A stretch of DNA of 64,000 nucleotides from the NCBI RefSeq assembly GCF_009914755.1, contig NC_060929.1. One strand, given 5' to 3'. The notes under the pieces were generated by a model. That model saw only the letters and a program-made list of their open reading frames with translations, had not been told where the DNA came from and did no database searches. A program made the position numbers and the translations under genes. Each line of letters opens with the position of its first letter. Position 1 is the first letter of the stretch. Positions 55,107-64,000 of this stretch are shown in pieces. This stretch comes from the human T2T-CHM13v2.0 reference genome, Homo sapiens.

Positions 55107-57247
55107 AGAAATACCTTATGGAGTTTCCCAAGAGGAAACCTAATCATACAGGCTATTCTAAAAATTCCGAATCAGAAATCCTTTTCAATTTGACATTCTT
55201 AAAACTTATTATAGGGCACTTTAAAACAAACATCTATTAGCATTCACCAGAACGAATGTTCCCAAGAACACAACTTGAGAAACACCTGGACTCATCCTTA
55301 CAATATTTTGGTAGCAGTAAATGTGCAATTAAAACTTATTGCTACTGTTTAGAAATAAGGGAGAAAACTGTATAAATAAAGTTACTGAAGTGTTTTGACG
55401 TGCAATGACATCTAATTTAAAATTCTGTTCAGTTTTATTTTTAAATATTTTTGTTTTGGAAATAAATATTTAAAATAGATGCTCAAAGAACAGAATAGGA
55501 CATTTTATCATAAACCCAAATTATGTAATTTTGAAGTAGTTTCCTTGTTTCAGAGGAACACCTACAGTCTTTCCCATGAATCTGATACAATTAGTAGATA
55601 ATGAATGTCCTTTGTAACATGCACTAAAGAAAGAGCAGTTGGCTTGCCATGTAATGTCATGCTTGGGCATTTCATTAGGTTTATATAAAGCCTTACTAGT
55701 TAGATCTCAAAAATCTAAGACCTTTTCAACAGTTTGCCCTTTTAGGTCCACTCCACAGTTAGACATTTATTTAAATTATTTTTAAGTATTTTTAATTCTC
55801 TAATGGGAAGTTAGAAAGTAGATAAGCATATATTTAATATCATCATAAAAGCATTACTATACATTTTGGAATCAGCATCATGATGCATTGTATGTCCAAA
55901 TTAATGTTCCTTGGGAAACAGTATATAAATTTATGATTCGTGTTATCAGAATTATCTTATGAAATTAACTCTGAATCCACAAGCAGAGCTTTGTATATTA
56001 AAAACTAGTTTCATCTGTAGATTTGAAATGTTCCTGATTTGCTTAAGGCTTCCCCCCTCCCCATATTTCCAAGTGTGATAAAAGTGAGTAATGGTAATGA
56101 GATTAGGATGTCTTTATTTTTCTTTAGATTGTCAGTGACATCTGAATATGTTAGTATTTGATGCTTTGGATTTGAGAATCTCTGCAACAAAAAATAAATT
56201 AAGTAAACTAAAGATTAGTGCAAGTAAGTGAGAAACATGTAAATACAGGGATTATGTAGATCGTGAACATTTGCTGGATGATATGACAAGATAAATGTTT
56301 TTTGTGTCATGGAAACTGTAGAACTTTTAAAATCTTACCTTTACACAATTGACATACTGAAAATATTTTGATTTTTACTATAACAATGTATTTTAAACAT
56401 AAGATTTTAACATGTAAATATTATTTTAAAAATTTATTAAATAAATGGGTTTAAAATACAGACAAAACTGGAATTTATAACCCCTCTAATTTTATTTTTT
56501 TTCCACATATAAGGCTAATAAAAATGAAATTAAGAGACTGAAAAACAGTTGAAAAGCCACTTTTATGGGAGACTAAGGAGAAAAGAAAATCAGAAATCAT
56601 GGCTCTATCCCTAACTGGCTGTTTGCCATTTGGCCAGAAATTTAATTAATGTGCCTAAAATTCATCAATTATAATAAATGTCTGCCATGTAAAGAAAATT
56701 TATGACTTAATTAATATAAGACTGTTATGACATGTTGCATTCAAAGTCCTCCTATAGTGTCAACTGCTATATATTCATCTGAAGTTATGTTTTATCATTA
56801 AGCTACTGTCCCACCACGTACTAATGCCTGTCAGAGTGTTGGAGGTGGTAAATGACTGAGATTTATTTATCTTTGACAAACTTCTGCCCTATAATAACAG
56901 GGTACTTTGGATAATGGTCCTGGGTAGTATTTGGTTTGTCATTAGTGTAAGGTATTGGATGTTTTTAGAACTAGTATAGGAAAGCAGAAACAAACCTAAA
57001 CGCTATTATCCTAAAATGACAAAATCAATGCCAATTTGAACGATCATGCTGAAATCTTCCTTGGGCAGCTTTCCATCTCTGCATTGATGATCAAGCAGTA
57101 ACTCAGAAGTAATAGAAAGTATAACTCTCACACCACAAGAGCTTTCAGAATGCAAACGGAGTGCCTTAAGCTGAGTCAGTCATAAAACTGGGTAGGCAGA
57201 TAGAATGAGGAATAGTAGTTCTCAATATACCAATGAATTTTAAATCA

Positions 57248-57317
57248 CCACCCAGTCAATTTTATAAGATGCCACCCAGTCAATTTTATAAGATGCCACC
57301 CAATCAATTTTATAAGA
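57248..57317. repeat. 24-bp minisatellite, ~3 copies
   Basis: CCACCCAGTCAATTTTATAAGATG at 57248, 57272 and 57296. Confidence 0.95.
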
Positions 57318-58371
57318 AATCTCATTGGTGCACTAGAGATTTCTCTCCACCAAATTTTATTTTGGTGGCAAAATTCTGTCAGCATGATGACATGATCTGA
57401 TTGTGCAAAAGTAAAATGTAAAATTAAAGATAATTTTTTTCACTACCAGAAAAAAATCTAGGGGCTTAAAAACGAAAATTTCTCCTTTTACATAAGATTT
57501 ATTATTTATTCATTCTATTTATTTATAATTACTATTGTAAACTAAATTTTATTAAATGTACAAAATTATTTTTATATCTTTACTTTTCGTGATAGAGTAC
57601 TGATTGCTATTTATATAAAAATTTGGACCCAATTTTAATTAGATACATATCAAGTGAGTTTTTTTATGTACCAATTTTTTTGAAAAATGAGAAACTTCCT
57701 CTATGTGTCAAGACCAGAACTCAAAATAATTGTACGTTTGATACTTAACCCAATGATCACATTGTACCAGGGATTATTTAAATAGATTTCAATTTATATC
57801 ATAAATATACGTAGTTACAAAACTGCTAATCTCCACAATCTTGAGCAAATCATATCAATGATGAAATAAGAAAATACTGTGAGGGCAGTGTGTTATGTTC
57901 AAATTATATCGATGCACACATATATCTATAAAATTATAATTTTGAAACCATAGCCACATATGAATGCAAAACAAAACTGTTTTTTTGCATGGACTTGATG
58001 TGTTGTGTTATTTTAACAACATTTGGGGTGCCCTTTTTATTATAAAGTAACCTTGTTCAAACAGTTCATTTGGAAAACATTAAAATGTAAAAAAAAAGAA
58101 AAAAAATTACTTCTAACCAGACCACTCAGTGATTACCTTGAACACCTGAGATGATTTTTCAAAATATCTTTTTCTATTCTAATGCAATTAAATCAAATGC
58201 AATTAAATCATTTGTAAAATCAAATGATTTTACAAAAAATATATTCATTTTTTCTACTTCTTTACATTTGCCAAAATATTTTGAACGTTTTTTAATCATA
58301 AGATATTCTTTTATACCACCCTATTAAATAGGTTACATGTGTGCCATTACCTATTTAAGTTCTTCTATTTA

Positions 58372-61300
58372 AAAATATTTTATTGTGGTAGGAACTTAAC
58401 ATGAGATCAATTATCTTAACACATTTTTAGTGTACAATGCAGTATTGTTGACTATAAGCACGATGTTGTGCAGCATATCTCTGGAATTTATTCATCTTGT
58501 TTAACTGAAACTTTATGCCCATTGTTTTAGTAACTCCCCATTTCACCCTTCCTCAAGCCCCTAAAAAACCACCCTTTCACTTTTTGATTCTATGAATTTC
58601 ACTATTTTAGATACTTCATATAAGTGGAATTATATACTATTTATCTTTCTGTGACTAGCACAATGCCTTCAACATTCACCTATGTTGTTGCATATTGGAG
58701 AATTTTCTTCCTTTGTAAGACTGAATAGTGTTCCATTGTATATATGTAGACAAATATATGTACACCACATTTTCTTTATCTATTATTCCTCGTTGATGAA
58801 TATTTAGGTTGTTTCCACATTTTGTCTCTTGTGAATAAGTGCTGCAGTGAACATAGAAATGCTAATATCTCTTGGGAGATCCTAATTTCATTTTTTTGAT
58901 AAGTAAACAGAAGTGTGTTTATTACATACACTTCTTTATTGAATTGTTGGATCATTTGGTATTTGTATTTTTAATTTTCTGAGTAACCTCCATATTGCTT
59001 TCCATAGCAGCTGTATCATTTTGGATTCCTATCAATAGTGTAACAAGGGTTGTAATTTCTCCACGTCCTCACCAACACCTGTGGTGTTTTGATTTTTTTC
59101 ATAAAAACCATGCTGAGAGGTGTGAGATAATATCTCATTGTGGTTTTGCTTTGCATTTCCCTGATAATTAGTGATGTTGGGCATCTTTTCAAACACCTAT
59201 TGGCCATTTGTGTTCCTTCTTTAAAGAAATGTCTGTCAAAGTCCTTAGTCCATTGTTTAATTGGGTTATTAGGGTTTTTTTGCTATTTAGTTGCAGGAGT
59301 TTCTTAAATATTTTGGAGAATAACCTATTTTAAAATATATGGTTTGCAAATATTCTCTCCATTCCATAGATTGAATTTACTTTTTGACTGTTTCCTTTGC
59401 TGTGCAAAAGCTTTTTCAGTTTGATGTAATTGCATTTGTTCATTTTTGCTTTTGTTGCCTGTGTTTTTGGAATCATAGCTAAGAAATCATGTCTACGACC
59501 AGTGTTGTGAAGCTTTTTTATTTGTTTTCTTCTAGTAGTTTTAAAATTTTGGTTACTTACGTTTAAGTCTTTTATCTACTTGGAGTTGATATTTGTGTGT
59601 AGTATAGCATAAGTGTTTAATTTTACTCTTTTGTACATGGCTATCCAGTTTTTGCAACATCATTTATTGAAAAGGCTATCCTTTTCCTAGTCTGTATTAT
59701 TGGCACTATTGTCAAAGTTTAGTTGATGATATTACATGGATTTATTTCCAGGGTCTTTATTCTATTCTACTGGCCTATATGTCTGTCTTTATTCCAGTAC
59801 CATGAATACAGAAAGAATAAAACTCACATGATCATCTCAAAGGATGCAGAAAAATCATTTGACAAAATTCATACTGGAATCAAACTGCTTTGATTACTAC
59901 AGCTTTGTAATATATTTTGAATTAGGAAATGTGATTCCTCCAGCATTCTTTTGTTTTCCCAAAATTCATTTGGTTATTTATGAACTTTTGTGGTGCCATA
60001 TAAATTATAGCACTGTATTTTCTATTCCTATTAAAAAATGCTATTGGATTTAGATGGGAGTTTCATTGAATCTGTAGAGTGCTTTGAGTGGTACGGACAT
60101 TTTACCAATATTAAGTGTTTCAATTAAAGAACATAAGTTATTATTCCATTTTTCTGTCTTCATTAATTTGTTTCATTAATGTTTTGCTGTTTTCAATATA
60201 CAAGTCTTTAACCTCCTTAGTTATGTTTCTTCCTAAGTACTTTTCTGGTGGTATTATAAACGACAGTTGCTTTTCTGATATCCTTTTCAGAGAGGTCATT
60301 GTTAATGTATACTAGGGCAACTGAGTTTGTATGTTGATTTTGTATACTGCAATTTTACTGAATTCATTAGCAGTTCTAACTTTTTTTGGTGGAGTTGTTA
60401 GTGTTTTCTATATATAAGATGTCATCTGCTAATAGTAACAATTTTACTTCCTTCTACTTTGGGTGTCTTTTATTTCTTTTTCTTGAATAATTTTTATGGC
60501 TAGGAATTTCAGTATTATGTTAAATAGATGTGGCAAGGGTAAGCCTCCTTGTCTTACTCCTGATCTTAGAGGAAAAGCTGTCAATTCTTCACCATTGGGT
60601 ATTACGGTAGCATTGGGCTTTTCATATATGGTGTTTATTATGTTGAGGCACTTAGCTTCCTTTCCCAGTATGTCAAGAATTTTTATCATGAAATGATGTT
60701 GAATTTTGTCCAATTCTTTTTCTATATCAACTAAGATAATATCATGATTTTTATCGTTTGTTCTGTTAATGTCATACATCACATTAGTTGATTTCCATAG
60801 GTTGAACCAACCTTGCATTCCAGGAATAAATCCCACTTGATCATGCTGTATGATCATTTAAATGTGCTGTTTGGAACAGCTACTTAGTATTTTTTTTTTG
60901 AGGAGTTTTACCTTATATTCACCAGGGATATTGACTTACAGTTGTGTTTTCTTGTAATGTCTTCGTGTGTCTTTGGTAATGCTGCTTTTAAAAAATTAAT
61001 TTGGAAGTGTTTCCTTCTATTAAATATTTTTTGAAGATTTTGAGAATCATTATTAATTTTTTAAGTGTTGGTATAATTGATCCTGGGCTGTTTATTGAGA
61101 GGATTTTTGTTATGGATTCCATCTTCATACTAGTTATGGGTCTCTTCAGGCTGTCTATTTTTTCTTGACTAAATCTTGCTAGGTGGTATGTGTGTAAGAC
61201 TTTATCCATTTCTTCTGGGTTATCCAGTTTGTTGGCATATAACTGTTCATAGCAGTCTTTATAATTCTTTTTATTTCTTTGGCATAAATTTTAAAGTCTT

Positions 61301-62345
61301 TTTTATTTCTGATTTGAGTCTGGTCTCCCTTTTTTTATCCTTAGTGTAGCTAAGGGTTTGTCAATTTTGTTTACCTCTTCAAAAACTTAACTCAGTTACA
61401 TTGATTTTCTTCTATTGCTTTTCTATCTTCTAATTCATGTACTTTGATTCTAATCTTTGTTATTTCTCTTCTTTTGCTTGATTTGGGTTTAGTTTGTTCT
61501 TTTTCTAAGTCTTTGATGGGGTAAAGTTTTCTTATTTACTTGAGATCTTACTTATTTAATGTAGGAATTTATCAAAATAACCTTTCTCTTAGTACTTCTT
61601 TTTCTGCATTCCATATGTCGGTATGTTGTGCTTTTATTTTTGGTTTTGTTTTTATTTGTCTCGAGGCATTTTCCAGTTCACCTTTTTAAATCATTTTTTA
61701 ATCAATGATTGTTCAAGAGTGTTTTTTAATTTACACATAGTTGTAAATTTTTCTGTTTTTTTTCTGCTATTGATTTCTAGTGTTATTGCACTGCAGTCAG
61801 AAAAAGGTAATTGGTATGATTTCAATCCTCATATATTTGTTAAGACTTGTTTTGTGACCTAACATGTGATCTATCCTGGAGAAAGTTTCATATACACTTG
61901 AGAAGAGTGTGTATTCCTCCCATGTTAGGTAAAATGTTCTACATATTTTTGTTAGGTGCACTTGCACTACAGAGTTGTTTGAGTCCTCTGTTTTCTTATT
62001 GATCTTCTGTCTGACGTTCTATCTGTTATTGAAGGTAGGCATTAAAGTCTCCTATTATTATTTTATGGCTGTCTATTTTACCCTTTGGTCTGTTAATGTT
62101 TGCTTTATATATTTAGATATTCTGATGTTGGGGCATATATATTTATGATTATTACATTTTCCTAGTGGATTGACCCTTTTATCATTATAAAATGTCCTCA
62201 TTTGTCTCTCATGAGAGATTTTGACTTAAAGTCTATTTTGTCTGGTCTCACTATAGCCAATCCTGAACTCTTTCATTTACCACTTGAATGGGCTACCTTT
62301 TTCAGCCCTTCACTTTAATCCTATGTGAGCCCTTAAATATGAAGT
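58372..62345 (-). mobile_element. L1MA/MB-like element, ~4 kb of ORF2 plus 3' UTR, decayed
   Basis: ORF 60444..60857 is RT domain (HDQVGFIPGMQGWFN..GVRQG.PL.P.LFNI). ORF 59016..59207 is the C-terminal region. The 3' terminus lies near 58375. Confidence 0.9.
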
Positions 62346-63010
62346 TCAGGTAACTGGAAACTCTCTCAAACAAATCATTTTTGGTTTTGGAAACTTCATT
62401 ACATTATCCTGATTGATTAAATCATTGGCACTGGAAATCACCTAATGGCTTTATGTGTGTGTATATATATTAAAATAGATTAATATGTGATATATATATA
62501 TACACACACACACACACATATATATATATTTCACAGCATCAGTTATCCCACCTCTCCATGATCCCTTTCATCAAAATGATCATCTAAGTCAAAAGGTACT
62601 GATACATTACTAGAATTCCATTCAGTCATGAGTAATTAGTGCAGCCTATCATCATATCATATGGAAATGTGTCTCACGCAGAGGACACTCAGGTTTGCAG
62701 CCTCTCATTTAGTCTTGTCAGGTTCCAAACACAGGAGTAGTCTTGGAAAAGATACAGCTTCACCCTTTAGGCATGTGATATAATTGAGCTAAAGACAATA
62801 TCATCTTTTGCTCTGAGCCTCTTCTGAGATGTTAATGTAATATTGGATTTCCCTCAATTCATAACCCAGTTATTTATGTCTTTATCTCAGCTATTATTTC
62901 TCTCTCCATTGATATCCAAACTTTTTACCTTTGGATGGGACATTAGAATTAGCAACTATGCTAGTCTAGACATTAGGCAGTAATACCAGTTTAGCAAGTA
63001 CCTCCTCCTC
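62346..63010 (-). mobile_element. MER21-like LTR fragment plus internal sequence, with a (TA)/(CA) microsatellite at 62455-62528
   Basis: CTTCATTACAT..TGATTGATTAAATCATTGGC (LTR-like), then CACTCAGGTTTGCAG..TCTTGTCAGGTTCCAAA (internal-like), from recalled consensus. Confidence 0.5.
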
Positions 63011-64000
63011 AATATATATTTGTTGACATTTTTCTACATTTACCAGTGTTATAACTATTAAATAATGGTGACCAACCAGAGTAAAAAGAACACAGTGTTG
63101 TTCATAAAATGAATTTTGCTAGTTGTATAATATGAAACTCGTAAATAGTACCTGGACATTTGTACCTTTACTTTGGAGGAACATAGATTATACAGCTAAT
63201 AATAATCATATTGTAATTGCTAATTTTCATTTATTTTAAACTGTATATTTCCATGTAATATATAAAGGTGTTCTTATGTATTTTTATTTGATAATCAAAA
63301 ACTTAAAATTAACATTTCTCTATAAACAATCAATCTATGCAGTTTGCTGAACTGGACAATTATTTTCCTTTCTGTAGAAATTCATTTTTATCAAAATAGT
63401 TTAAATCTGATTCATCACATTACTAAAAATTTCTAAAACCCTAACACCTTCTTGTGGTCCTTTATTAGTAATGTAGTTTAAAAGTGCACCTTACTCAGCA
63501 ATCTTTTCTGTAGTAGGTCCAATTTTTGGACTTTTATTTTCAACTTCCGGAATTCTGACATTGATTTCTTAATAACAAATGATGCATGCTGGGATAGAGC
63601 ATATAGCTTCCAGAAGAACCTCATGGGAATAATGCCTTCAAAATTCTTTGCACACCAATGTATTAAAAGGTACTTCCTTTGCATTTTATACTATGCCTTG
63701 ACAATGATAAAGGCAGATTGAGTTTGGGATTCTGGTTCTCACTCAGATTTCACAACTCAGTTCTTGGCATTTGATTCACTACAAGGTTTATTGCTTATCT
63801 TTATTATCCTCTAAGATGATGCCCCAACCCCCGAACCGTGTTCTGCAAATTTCACTTTATACTTAATGATCTCATGTTGGCTTCTGTGCATATCTTAGAA
63901 TTAAAATCAAGTGCATTTTGTAAGATTACTAAAGCACATGTATTTTCATCACCTAAATATTAACATAATAAGTTTAAAATTTCAAAATGTGGCTTCCTTT

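Noticed and set aside
57248-57317. 24-bp repeats as a CRISPR-like array
   Set aside because: The units are head-to-tail with no spacers, there are no cas genes, and the DNA is primate.
63478-63850. Possible minus-strand exon (68-aa ORF, upstream TTTGCAG)
   Set aside because: No recognisable protein similarity, weak polypyrimidine tract, and stops between the acceptor and the ORF.

Overview
This is AT-rich primate (human/catarrhine-like) non-coding DNA, intergenic or deep intronic, and roughly half of it is transposable-element debris. I find no intact protein-coding gene, RNA gene or CRISPR array; the recognisable ORFs in the track are fragments of L1, Alu, MaLR or hAT elements. Main content: (1) a near-complete fossil hAT/Blackjack transposase (1-4815) interrupted by two AluY, an L1 and an MLT1; (2) nested LTR clusters (THE1/MER4/MER39-like, MER41B, MLT1C/MER34); (3) a ~13.5 kb L1-in-L1 nest (32.2-45.8 kb); (4) a twin-primed inverted L1PA; (5) a 4 kb L1MA/MB. 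The most unusual signal is a set of templated-insertion scars. Two 120-135 bp segments were copied from 1.8-2.4 kb downstream, and one inverted L1 piece carries a fold-back junction. Three separate L1PA copies also break at nearly the same ORF2 position. Repeat subfamily names come from recalled consensus sequences, not from a search, and boundaries without TSDs are approximate. I cannot support a novel gene system here.
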